Virus record (IMG/VR): IMGVR_UViG_3300008952_000034 | Span: 1-64,000 of that record | Direction: 5' to 3' (one strand) | Source: an uncultured virus (IMG/VR IMGVR_UViG_3300008952_000034) | Taxonomy: Duplodnaviria; Heunggongvirae; Uroviricota; Caudoviricetes | Length of the DNA: 64,000 nt | Shown here: positions 27,681 to 39,300 of the stretch, piece by piece | How the letters are laid out: each line of letters begins with the position of its first letter | How positions within the stretch are numbered: position 1 is the stretch's first letter | Notes under the pieces: model-generated | Database searches by the model: none | Seen by the model: the letters and a program-made list of their open reading frames with translations, nothing else | What the model was told of the DNA's origin: nothing | Position numbers and translations under genes: made by a program

Positions 27681-28771
27681 TACAGTTTCGCTCCTGTTCT
27701 TAAGTCGTACATTTCTCTCTCAGGCTTCATGCAGGTCTGTTCTGCCAATAATTTCCATTTATCCGGAGCCATTTTCCATAAGTCTGCAATCTTTAAAACC
27801 ATTCTCAAAGATATCTCTCTTAATTTGTGCTTATTGTCATATATGAATTGGATAAGCTCTTCTTCCTTTTCTTTTCCCATAGCATATTTTTCAAGCATAC
27901 CTATTCCACATATTTGTCTAATTCGTAGCATTCTATCTCTCATACTATCAATCGTTAGGTCTAGATAGTGACATCTACTTTGTAATGCCGCTAGATGATC
28001 TTGTAATTTTTTAGATTTAACATTGTCAAACTTGATATTGGTAATGAAGATAACACCACCATTGAATTCAAAAGAGTTAGGCATTCCTTCTGCCATTAAT
28101 GTTCTTGATTCTGTATTCCAGTGAAGTGATCTTTTAGGAGTAGTATCTAAGGCCGCTTTCAAAAGATTAAGTGCTAGGTCATCATATAAAATTGCATCAC
28201 AGTCATCAAAGCAACATACACAACCTTTGTCTTTATATTCATATAATTTCTTATATAAACCTATCGCTGACATCGCACCTTTAACCATTTCAAACTTTCT
28301 TTTTTCTCCTGCAATATCTGTGAACATATTCTGCTTCTCTAAAGCCTTTTCAACACCATAAGACTTACCAATCCCTGGAGGTCCACTTACTATCATTGCT
28401 CTAACTTTACTTGTCGCAACTGCATCAGCCATCTCATCCAGTATCGCAAATCTTGCTCCAATTCTTTCTATCGCTTGAGCATCTGTTTCTTTAGGCTTAT
28501 TAGAACCTACAGGCTTATATTTCTTTTTTAATTCATCTCTATGAGTAATATATTGTCCTTCCGGAACTATCGTTAGGCTACTGATTCCAGGTACATTAAT
28601 TCGTACCTTTTCCTTCTCGGTAAATCCTGAGAATTCTGTGACATCAACTGTGACAAATCCACCTTCTTTGCCACTTGTAAATTTTTGGTAATCTTTAAGA
28701 ATAGGAAATACTCGTCCAGACATATCTTGGCTTCTGTACGAGCCTTCTTCAATTTTGATGTATTTTTTCAA
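27680..28771 (-). CDS. AAA+/P-loop ATPase of T4-like phages
   Basis: GPPGIGKS, FDDCD, IFITN, ALQSR. Confidence 0.85.
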   Translation of the reverse strand: MKKYIKIEEGSYRSQDMSGRVFPILKDYQKFTSGKEGGFVTVDVTEFSGFTEKEKVRINVPGISSLTIVPEGQYITHRDELKKKYKPVGSNKPKETDAQAIERIGARFAILDEMADAVATSKVRAMIVSGPPGIGKSYGVEKALEKQNMFTDIAGEKRKFEMVKGAMSAIGLYKKLYEYKDKGCVCCFDDCDAILYDDLALNLLKAALDTTPKRSLHWNTESRTLMAEGMPNSFEFNGGVIFITNIKFDNVKSKKLQDHLAALQSRCHYLDLTIDSMRDRMLRIRQICGIGMLEKYAMGKEKEEELIQFIYDNKHKLREISLRMVLKIADLWKMAPDKWKLLAEQTCMKPEREMYDLRTGAKL

Positions 28772-28874
28772 TTATTTTCCTCCCTTAAACATAGTTCATT
28801 ATAACACAGATTGGCTATATGTCAACTGATCTGCGTCATTTTGGTAATTTGATTTTTTGGTAATTTGAATAAAT

Positions 28875-29195
28875 ATGTATAGAATGAAAAGCATATTTTT
28901 AACAATTATATTTCTAATGTTTTTAGGTTGTGCTTCGCAAGAAGCATCGGCTATTGAGCTAGATTTTAAATCTGGAACTGACAGTATTGATACAAGTGTA
29001 CCTTTAGGTGATAATGGTAAATGTGTAGATGAACTTAAAGAATACGATCGTCTATTAGGTATCACATCTGCTAGTGATGAAGATAAGGCATCTGCTTTAT
29101 CAAAAAGAGATTTGGCTATATCAAAAAGAATGACTGGTAGACTTGAAGACTGCGAAACATTAATGCAAGAAGCGATCAATCTCATACCTGAATAA
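28875..29195 (+). CDS. Predicted lipoprotein
   Basis: FLGC lipobox; TAAATA just upstream. Confidence 0.6.
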   Translation: MYRMKSIFLTIIFLMFLGCASQEASAIELDFKSGTDSIDTSVPLGDNGKCVDELKEYDRLLGITSASDEDKASALSKRDLAISKRMTGRLEDCETLMQEAINLIPE

Positions 29196-29215
29196 TTAAT
29201 TTCCTTTCTATTTTA

Positions 29216-29264
29216 ATGAACAGGCGAGTGAGTTGAAATGTTTTGAAAGGTCTCGCCTGTTCAT
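29216..29264. terminator. 13-bp perfect hairpin between convergent genes
   Basis: ATGAACAGGCGAG / CTCGCCTGTTCAT. Confidence 0.65.
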
Positions 29265-29272
29265 ATTCACAT

Positions 29273-32200
29273 CTAATTAGATGAGAATTTTGATATCAGA
29301 TTATACCATTGAACTTTTACCTTTGCCCAATTGGCTTTCTGAAATTCTTTAGTTTTTTCAACTTCTATGTTGAATTGGTTGCCTACCTTCCCTGGAACCA
29401 GGCTAACCTTTGTTAATAATTGGGTGACATCTTTCTTAACTAATACAGCCGATTCATTAACTTGATTTTGAATCGTATCTGCATTGGCAATTGCCTGAAC
29501 CCAAATATACATCACAAAGAATAAAACTATACTCTTGATATGTTTTTTCATTGTCCCTCTATTGAAGCCGTTTGATTTTCAACAACTCTTAGGCCGGCTT
29601 CAGTTAATGCCCTTTGAATTGCTATTCGTTTACCGAATTCTGTATTTCCTTCTTCTGGTGTGTATCTATAAGTCCAATCTGGAGAACCATCTCCATTTGT
29701 ATGACCTCTAGGATACTTCTTACCATTAATTCTTATTAACCAACCTGCGACATTTACTACATCCATTTCATCTGAATCTTTATGTCTTCTTTCATAGTAA
29801 TCATCGTTAGTCCATTGAGCTTGTATCTTTAAAGGTAATCCGTTATCTGCTATTAATTTCATTCTTTCACTTCCAACTCTTCCCAATCTGCTTCTTCTGT
29901 TGAGTCTTGTTTTTTCTTATATTTTTTTAAGGCAGATGTGTCTCCACTACCGATTGCCTTAAAGAATTCACTCATTGCTGACCCTTTTTCCTTCACCGTC
30001 TGACATCCGGACAGCATTATCACAGCAACTATCAATCCAAGGTATCTAATCATGATATCTATCCGTAAAGTTTTTAGGCAAACCATTTGGGTCATACTGC
30101 TCATCCTTCTTACAATTATCACAAGTAATAACCATTCTAGGTTCATCACCAATCAATAAACTACCACAAGTATCACATTCCAAAGTGGCTTTATTTTCAT
30201 AAAAGTCTTTAGTCCAATCGTCCATTATTTCTTTTCCTTCATTGCTATTACTTCATCAATATCATCACAAAGTTCTGGAAGATGTGTTTCAATCTTTTCA
30301 ATAATTGTTTCTTTGTAAGCCTTTAATTCTTCTACTGACATATCCATTAAATCTTGTTCTCTTCCACCAGTCATTATACCTTCTCCTTTAATGTATGAAT
30401 TGGATCATCTTCATATGGTTCCCAATGAAGTTCATTAGTTTCTTCTAAATCATACCATTGATCTTCTATTGCTTTATATTCTTCTATCAATTCTGATGGC
30501 TCCATATTATGAAAACCTTTAAAGCCACCCTCTAAAATATATGTTAGAGTATCATAATCACCACACTTGTAATCATAATAGATGCCGTGAATCTCAACTT
30601 GTAGACATCTTTCAGCCATTACATATGGAGTTAGTTTCATCGCTCTCTCGTCTTCATATAAATGATCTTCGTGTCTATCAAATATAATTTCTTTTAATCT
30701 AGTTCCCATTATATCTCCTTGAAAATACCTTTCCATGGTCTTGCATCTGATCCTATTTGAAAAGGGTTTCTTTTTGTAGTAGATCCTTTTTTTCGTCCAC
30801 CTTTGTTTCTATGAATTCTTCTAGGTTTTCTATTTGTAGTCATATTCTTTTTAGATGTCATTGGTCTTCACCTTCTTCATCTTCTTCAAAAAGTTCTTCT
30901 AATTCTTTTAGAACTTTTGGATCTTCTAATTTGTCCCAATTGATTGTTTTATTAAAGCCAAAGGGATCATTACTTGTTTTCATCTTTTTCATATTATATT
31001 CAACAAACCTAAAATGAATGGAACATAACAAAAAATCGCTATCGTTCCAGTTATCTTAGAATAAAATAATACCCTTTTATTATCCAAAGCCGTACCAACT
31101 CCTAACAAACATACCGTTAGAACATAAAATATGGCGAAACCTGGTATTATATATTGCATCATTGGTTTTCCTCCTCTTCATCTTCATCTTCATCTTCATC
31201 TTCTTCATCTTCTTCATTTAAAAAGAATTCATTACAATGTGCCATATCTGCCACATCATCTTCTGACATATATTTTAGACAAGCCATTATAACCATATCT
31301 TTATCTAAGATACCATCATCAACCATCTCTAAAATCTTGTTCGTTGCTTCTCTAACATTAACTGACATTAAAATGGTATCTCACTTTCTTTCGTTTTAAT
31401 TTTTTCATCAGATGTTTCTAATTCTTCTTTTTTCCATCTATAAGAATCAGTAGTCCAATCTGGATCTTCATAATTTTCATAATGAATATCTTTGTCGCTA
31501 TCCCAATCTTCATATGGTACACATTCTTCTATCTTTTGAACTCTAGGTTCTCTACCATATTTCTCATAATCTATTTCTGCTTGTTGGTCCCAATTATGGT
31601 CATAGTATTTCATTTCAACTGGCTCATCACCATAGTATCCATCTTGCCATTCAATCTTTTCAATGCCACCGTGTTCTTGTACGGCATCTTCCGCTTCTTC
31701 TTTTGAATTGGCAACCACTTCATAATCAACTTCTACATTGTAGAACTTTTTAACCTTAAATTTCTGCTTACCGATATCCTGGTGTGGATTATCTTTTTTA
31801 TATGTTCCGTTTATTATTTCTATTTTTTGCATTTCAACTTTCTCCTTTATTACTTAATTTTAACATGGTTTGGTAATCTGTCAACCTACCTAGTATGGCC
31901 ATTTCATCATAATATGGATTGTATCTGTCACCCATAATAGATAAATCGTACATATTATGAATAGAACTGCCTTAAGCCCATAATCAATATATTTGTTCAT
32001 TATTTTGAACTCCAATGGTCATCATAAAGTGTTTTAATCTTGCCGTCTGCTATATAATAGCCAGTCACTTGTTTCTTCTTCTTTTTGCCTTTTACTTTTC
32101 TTGGCTTTTTAGTTTTTTTTGGTTTCACCATACATCCCCCTAGGACTAGGACTTGCATCTGGTCCTAGTAATTTCACCTGTTCAGCTCTAAATTTCAAAA

Positions 32201-34224
32201 TATGACTTTCCCAATCATAAGTCCAATGTGGATTATCTCCTATTGGACAAGGTATCCATCCATCCTTTGCTGATTGTATTACTCTTCTTTCAAATGCTCC
32301 TTCGCCATTTATGCTATCCAACAATTCATTTTGATGACATAGATATAAATGAACATTCCAATTAAAGTCTGTTTCAACTTTACCTGTTCCATTTTGTCCT
32401 TTAATTAAATCATAATAGATTTTAGTATCTGGATCACCATTCCATTCTGCTTTGGCTGTATTACTATAGACCATCATTGCTATAAATGTCACCGCCAATA
32501 GCCATTTTGTTTTATTCATCTTTCTTTTTTCCTATTCTCTTCGCATATCCAATTATTAATTGGACGAAGTCTTCTAACTTGCCATCGTTTTTCATTAACA
32601 AGTAAATTCCATATCCTAACAAAGGTGGCATCACGAATAAAATAAAGGCGTCCATCATTACTTACTAACCACCTCTTTGATATATTTTCTACTCGCTTTT
32701 TTATATTTTTTGATTATTTTTTGACAATCTCTAATCAACACTAAAGAATAGATTGATGAGAACATAATAACCAATAACATCACAAATGAAATTATTAATT
32801 CTTTTTCCATTAGTTTTCCTCCGCTTGTTTCATTATTGTTAAAATTCCAAAAAATAATCCTATGGCTGTGAATACTACAAAACCAATCCAATTATCGTTT
32901 ATTGGAATTCCATGATGTCCACCTTCTATACAACCTACGGCAAATATCATTGATACAAAGAATATAATTGGATAAATTATTTTCATTACCATAATCTCCC
33001 TTTACCTATTGACATACTATTTTCATCTTCAATAGGTTTAGTTTCATAATCAATTATTGCCAATTTGGTTTCATAATCAATTAATTGATTAAGATTATCA
33101 ATAGCATTATCTTTATTGCCATTTTCAATATCTTCTTTGATTGATGTTAGGATATCAACTTTATTTGTGAATCCATTTATTTCTAATATTGGTTTTGACA
33201 TTACTTGCCTTCCTTTGATTCTGCTTCTAAATTTAAAGCAATATCAATATCTGATTCTTCTTCATCTGTGAAAACAGGTGCTTCTGCATCTGCTGGAACA
33301 AAGTCAAAAGCGAATTCATCTCCAACGGCATACATATTCACGCCACCTTCTGGATTGATATTCTCCTTATAAAATGTTCTGATTTCTTTATGAACAAAGT
33401 CACAATCACTTGGCTTATCTAATACCAAATACATTGTACCATTCGTCATTTGTATTCTTTGAACTATGCCAGATAATTCTGCTCTAACAAAGCCTTCTAA
33501 TTGTTTTTCTATATTTTTTTGCATATTATTTCAACTCCTTATATAATTCATTATAACATGGATGGTAATACGGTCAACCTCTAAAAAACCTATATTCTAT
33601 GCGGTTAATTTACGAATTGTATCCTCGATTTCGTATATTTCTTGCTCAATTTCCACCATTTTTACCATATTACCTGTGTAAGATAAATGCTCAAGTCTAT
33701 CCTCTAAAATAACCTTCTGTCCTTCTAGTTCTCTAATTCTATCTTTGATATCTTGCGACATTACTTCTACCATATTTCCTCCACTTCTGATTCTATATCT
33801 TCATCTTCCCATCCGTCGGAATCGTTGTCATAAATTTTTCCGCTTCTGGCTCCACATCTTGAACACTTATCTTCTTTTTCAGTCATTGGACCGTGTTCAC
33901 AACTGTCACACCACCAGTCATCGGCATGGTTTTTTTCTTCTTCCAAGTCCACATCACTTAAAATCTTATCCCATTCGTCTATCATTACCACATCCTTTCT
34001 ATCTTTGGTATATTCCATAAAGCATAACCAAGTCTATCTTCATTGTCTACTAGGTATCTAACTGCTTCTGTCTGTTCATTTTTTATGCTTAATCCTACAA
34101 AGTTATCTATGAACCCTACTTCTTTATCTTTAAAGAACACTGAACCAGTCTCTGGCTTTTTAGGAATAGTCCAACCGTCTTTTCTTAATTCGTTTTCCTG
34201 TTTATCGTTTAACCAAATATCCAT
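29273..34224 (-). CDS. Block of small early hypothetical genes (e.g. 29273-29551, 29548-29862, 29859-30053 lipoprotein, 30374-30709, 31159-31368, 31368-31832, 32109-32519, 32810-32992, 32986-33201, 33201-33524, 33767-34018 Zn-ribbon, 33985-34224)
   Basis: Co-oriented, coupled, GGAG RBSs, many acidic. Confidence 0.7.
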
Positions 34225-35513
34225 TATAATTTCTCTCCTTTTTCAAAACCTCTAAATCTTAAAAATCTAGGAAATCTTAAACTCCATTCATTTTTAGCAT
34301 TTTGATTCTGTGTTATTGCATCTGCTCTAACTTCTACAACTTGCCCAACTAATTTCTTTCTGGCTGACCAATATGTTTCTCTATCTGTATCACTTAATCC
34401 AGACCCTACATTGGTTCTAATCCACTTGCCGTCGTCTTTACCTTCAACAATAAGTGCTCCAAGTTTATCTGCATTTCTTCCTGTGCCTTCTTCTACTCCT
34501 ATAACTGTTAAAGATACTTCTATAAATGGTTTAACCTTTAACCATAATGTAGATCTTTTACATTCATAAACACCATTGATTGGTTTAACCATTATACCTT
34601 CAAAGCCTTTATCAATACACAATTTATTATAGTCTGCGAATTGCTTCTGTCCATCTTCATCACTTAAATTCATTTTCACATACTCAACCAAATTAATGTT
34701 TGGTCCATAATTGTAATCTTCTAATAATTGTTTTCTTTTTGTTATTGAAAGTCCACACTCTCCTGCTTTAAAATCTTCTAATGGTAGACAATCAAACAGA
34801 TTCAATACGGCATCGTCTGTCTTTGCTCCGCCCTTTCTGTGTATCTCTCTCATTAATGTTTGGAAGTCATCACTCATTACTTCACCATCAAACACCATTG
34901 ACTCAGACATTTGGTCTAACATTTCATCAAATTGTTGAAGTATTTTAGGAAAGTTTGACAATTCTTTACCGTTCCTACTGAACATTTTAACTTCATCTTT
35001 ATCTACATCACATATAACCACAACTCTAACGCCATCTAACTTTGGTTCTACCATTACATCACCAACCATTTTCTTTTCGTGTTTCGCTGAATCTGTGGCT
35101 AACATACATTCAAACACAGGAACCTGCATTGTTGAAAACTTATTGATTGTCTTATGTGTGACTCCACATCTTAAATCTTTTATTAAAATTCTTCTATACC
35201 AATCGTTCCATTCTTCCATTTTAGATCTATTACATAAATCTTCAATCTTATCTCTCATTGAATTACCTGTAAGCCATCTTTCTTCTAATTTTTTTAGAGT
35301 GTCTAAAAATTCTGCTTCAGGTATGCCAGGTCCATCTTTTTTAGCAACTGGAACCTTTTGAACTCCAAATGTTCTAAATCCATCTAACGCCACACACACA
35401 CCATCAAAGAATCTTATGTTATCTGCGTCGCTCTCTCGCTTAATAATGGCCTCTTTTTTCAATCGGCTGTTATCAGCTTCTAATTCTTGTATTATCTTCC
35501 AAGGTTTCATCAT
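34224..35513 (-). CDS. ATP-dependent DNA ligase
   Basis: EPKLDGVR, FDGE, EGIMVK, WLKVK, VGSG, SLRFPRF. Confidence 0.95.
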   Translation of the reverse strand: MMKPWKIIQELEADNSRLKKEAIIKRESDADNIRFFDGVCVALDGFRTFGVQKVPVAKKDGPGIPEAEFLDTLKKLEERWLTGNSMRDKIEDLCNRSKMEEWNDWYRRILIKDLRCGVTHKTINKFSTMQVPVFECMLATDSAKHEKKMVGDVMVEPKLDGVRVVVICDVDKDEVKMFSRNGKELSNFPKILQQFDEMLDQMSESMVFDGEVMSDDFQTLMREIHRKGGAKTDDAVLNLFDCLPLEDFKAGECGLSITKRKQLLEDYNYGPNINLVEYVKMNLSDEDGQKQFADYNKLCIDKGFEGIMVKPINGVYECKRSTLWLKVKPFIEVSLTVIGVEEGTGRNADKLGALIVEGKDDGKWIRTNVGSGLSDTDRETYWSARKKLVGQVVEVRADAITQNQNAKNEWSLRFPRFLRFRGFEKGEKL

Positions 35514-35722
35514 ACTTCTACTATCTCCACTTCAGTTTCTTTTGGTTCCATTATTCTTTTAAAAAACTCCCAAAACCATTTTTCTGCTTCTTCATCTGTC
35601 ATATTACAAATTTCTTCCTTTACAAAAGATTCACAATTTAATTTTGGTTCTTCTGCATTCGCAAGATTCCAAACAAATAGATAGATTATAAAAAATATTA
35701 TTATTGGTTTTTTTAATCGCAT
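35510..35722 (-). CDS. Small secreted/membrane protein
   Basis: Signal-like N-terminus ending ANA. Confidence 0.55.
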   Translation of the reverse strand: MRLKKPIIIFFIIYLFVWNLANAEEPKLNCESFVKEEICNMTDEEAEKWFWEFFKRIMEPKETEVEIVEV

Positions 35723-36303
35723 ATCATAAACCGATGGTTTCCTATTATTGCCGTTTCAATATAATATCCTGCCCAACTTGGATTGGCAATGTGGGGGTTA
35801 TAATAAAATGTCGCTCCATCTGTTGGGTCCATACTATAATCATCGTTCATTACGAATAAAGCGACATGGATTGAATCTCTCCATGCTGTCATATTTTCTG
35901 GAATTATAGTTCCATCTTTATAAGTCACCCAAAGCATATCTCTATGACCATCACACCACCAACTGAATTGGCATCTGTTTTTAATTGGATAATATTTTCT
36001 TTCACTTTTATCTAATGTTGGGTCTTTTTTTGTTTTCCAACTTTCCCTAACTGGTCCTTCATGTACTACTTCACAAACCGTATTAGGCCATCTTTTATCT
36101 TCAATTCTGTTCTGTACGACATGAGCAACGGCAATCTTACCTATCATTGATTCGTGCCTTGCTTCAAAATATATATTTTGAGCCATACAATATAATTCAT
36201 CTATATTCTGTGGAGTTCCTGTTTCAACTTCATATGACAATGCAAGGGAGGCCATAACCGCCCTTGCCGTCTGCATAACTGTTTCTAAAGAACCAGTGAC
36301 CAT
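35713..36303 (-). CDS. Cell wall hydrolase, SleB/Hydrolase_2 family
   Basis: CMAQNIYFEAR, VVQNR, CQFSW, DPTDGATFYY, IGNHRF. Confidence 0.92.
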   Translation of the reverse strand: MVTGSLETVMQTARAVMASLALSYEVETGTPQNIDELYCMAQNIYFEARHESMIGKIAVAHVVQNRIEDKRWPNTVCEVVHEGPVRESWKTKKDPTLDKSERKYYPIKNRCQFSWWCDGHRDMLWVTYKDGTIIPENMTAWRDSIHVALFVMNDDYSMDPTDGATFYYNPHIANPSWAGYYIETAIIGNHRFMICD

Positions 36304-39300
36304 TTAGTCTGCTCTACTCTGCATATAACAATCAATACCATATTTTTCTAAAGCATCTGCGAAAGCATTACAGCCTTCTTCTTTGATGTCCATTGATTGA
36401 GTATGTCCATATCTGTGACCTTTAGGCATTAGATCATAATAAGATACTCTCCAACCGCCTCCGTAGCCATTAGAACCAATATCCATTTCTTTTAGAAATT
36501 TAACCAATCTGCCTCTTGCTGGACGAATAACTATATTCGCGAATCCGCAATAAAGTGGTTCTCCGTGTTTCGCCACATATTCATCAACAGCCTTTAAACA
36601 AGCCTTTTTGGCATTGGTCCACATATCATAAGGACTAACACCTTCTGCATTAAATTTAAGTAGGTCTTTTGTTTCTGTTTTTAACATATATTCAACTCCT
36701 TTTATAGTTTTAATATAACATGGCATTTCATACAGTCAACCGCCTAAAACCACTATATCTTGTGTCGACTCTTTTTCTTGGCACTATATCTAGTGCCATT
36801 CAATTTTTGGTATATTTCTACCGCTTTATTTTCAGCAACGAAACCATTGGGTGCCGTCACATAAATCATATCTTTTTCCTTCTGTTTTTGATCACGAAAA
36901 ACAGGTTGGGCATTTGGAAATCCATATTCCAAATCAGCGATGTCTATTTTAAATTTAGGCAATTTGTATGAATCCTATTGCCCATAAAAAAACCATCACA
37001 GGTCCTATTGTCCAAGCACCAAACCACATAGCATCTAAAAATGATATTCCTATTGATTTTATCTTTGTCATCAATCTAATAACACCATATATTCTTTTGG
37101 ATAGTATTTTTGAAACCAAGCAATACCTTTCCTAACGGTTTCCCATTTAGGGTCATCACCATTATTTGGGTCTGCCAAATATTCTGCTCCTTTAATACAA
37201 TCATAGACAGCAACCGCATCTGGTTCCAACATAACCTTCTCACCTGAGAAAGGATTTTGAATTTCTTCTGGTTTGTCTAAGACTTCACATTCAAACGGTA
37301 ATGGTCTTTTCTTTTCATTACCATGTCCAACTTCATCTGAAGATTGTGAACCTCCATACATTAATGTCACTCCTGCATCTTTACTCACTATATTTCCTCT
37401 CTTCCTCTTCTATTCTATAATTGGCCTCACCGTCCGGTGTTCTCCAAATGTTCAATATCTTAACACCTTTATCTTTGAAGTCCTTATAGAATTCTTTTAA
37501 TACTTTATGGAATGGATATTGGAAATTGGCTTCGACAACCGTATATCCTCGAGTCATATCCTCATCTTTTAGATAGTCACCCTTCTCCTTTAAGAATCTA
37601 TATCTGATATGAACTGACACTAGGCCGCCTTCCTTTTCTTCATTTGATCTAAAGTTCTTTCTAAGATGTCTATGTGATCTTTAATAGCATCTTCTTCTAA
37701 TGGCTTGAACTCTGTGTCAATTACTTCCTTGCCATCTTCTGTGTATCTGCTTTCAACATAGAACCAACTGAACTTTGGTTTGCCCCAATAGTTCTTCTCA
37801 CCAGCATCTTTCATCAGATATACATATTGTTCACCTGAGTGGAAACCGTTTTTGATATAGTCTGCTTCGTCTTTGTAGACTCTGTATCCTGTACCTTTCT
37901 CACCTCGGTCTCTGCCATAGTAGACATTTTGAACTTCATACATAGGATTTTCTCTATCATCAAAGTCTACCTTGTCTCCTATGATGTAATGCCATTTAGA
38001 TGAGTCACCTAATTTAATCGCTTCAGTGACTTTCTTTTTGTCTTCCCAATGCTCACAAAGGTTATATCCAAGTCCTCCTGGATACGAATCCCAATGTTGA
38101 TATGATGCTATGATTCTGCCTGACTTCTGTTTTATTCCTATTCTACCTCTAGTCGCCATTATGCTCCTTCCATAAATTGTGATGTCAATTGTTCTCTTGG
38201 GGGTGCCTTGACATCTTTTAAATAATTTAAAGACGCCCTTGCTTCTTTCAAAGCATCATGAACGATACTTTGATGATCTTCGTCAAATATTTCTTTTTTA
38301 ATTCCATCATAATCTTTATATAAAAGTCCACCCATTGATGCATCGCCTAGTTCAACTCCTTTACAGAATACTCTCGCCGTTGCATATACCCAAACCTTCT
38401 TGCCATATGCGATATCTTGTTTAAGATGAAACATATTAAGTTTCGACGCATCATCATCAAATATTTCTTCTACATCCATTTCTTCTGGAGCGACATAACC
38501 AAACACTCTGAAAGGTCCGTAGTCTTTCTCCCATATTCTTTCTGACATTATTTTCCTCCCGTTGCCTTGTTAAAATTCTTATTAATTAAATGTTGATCCC
38601 TAGCATCTGTAACCACGAAAGGTTTTTTGCCTTCTTCTCTTTCTGATTTACTTGGATACTCCCAAACCTTTGGGTCTTTAATAACTTTCATTCCGTGAAT
38701 TTCTAAATATTCAATCATATTCTCCACAGCCGAAAACCTATCTGTTCTACAAGGTAAACCTGTACCGTTCGCATCACAGCCTAGGTCTTGTTGGATGTCA
38801 CCACCCAACTTAACCAATCTGTCTATATCTTTTTCTGTTAAGGTATCTGACATTAAGCAACCTCCTTAAATTCTTCAACAGCCGGTGTCCAATCAATACC
38901 ATTGTCTGAATATTGCCAAGTACCTTTCATGAATAAGAATAAATGACCAACATTTTTTCTCATCTCTTCTTTATTCCAAGACAAATTTGATTCAATAACA
39001 TCACCAAATCCATCAACATACCAATAATCATCTTTTTTGAAAGTTGGCATTAATGTAGGTGAGTCAACAAGTTTTTGAGCCATTTCCTTATCATTATATT
39101 GACTCATTAAAACTCCCGTCAATGCTTCTGGCGTAGTTTTCCAACCTGTTTCAACGGCAACGACATTTTGACTATTGTCAATATATCCAACCATTATTCC
39201 GTGTTTATTTTTATAGTCTATTTTTTGCATTTTATTTTCAACTCCTTCTTTCAACATATAATTCAGTATAACATGGATGGTAATACCGTCAACCACCTAT

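Noticed and set aside
31154..31399. Poly-Ser ORF on the + strand
   Set aside because: It is the antisense of the Glu/Asp tract of ORF 31159-31368.
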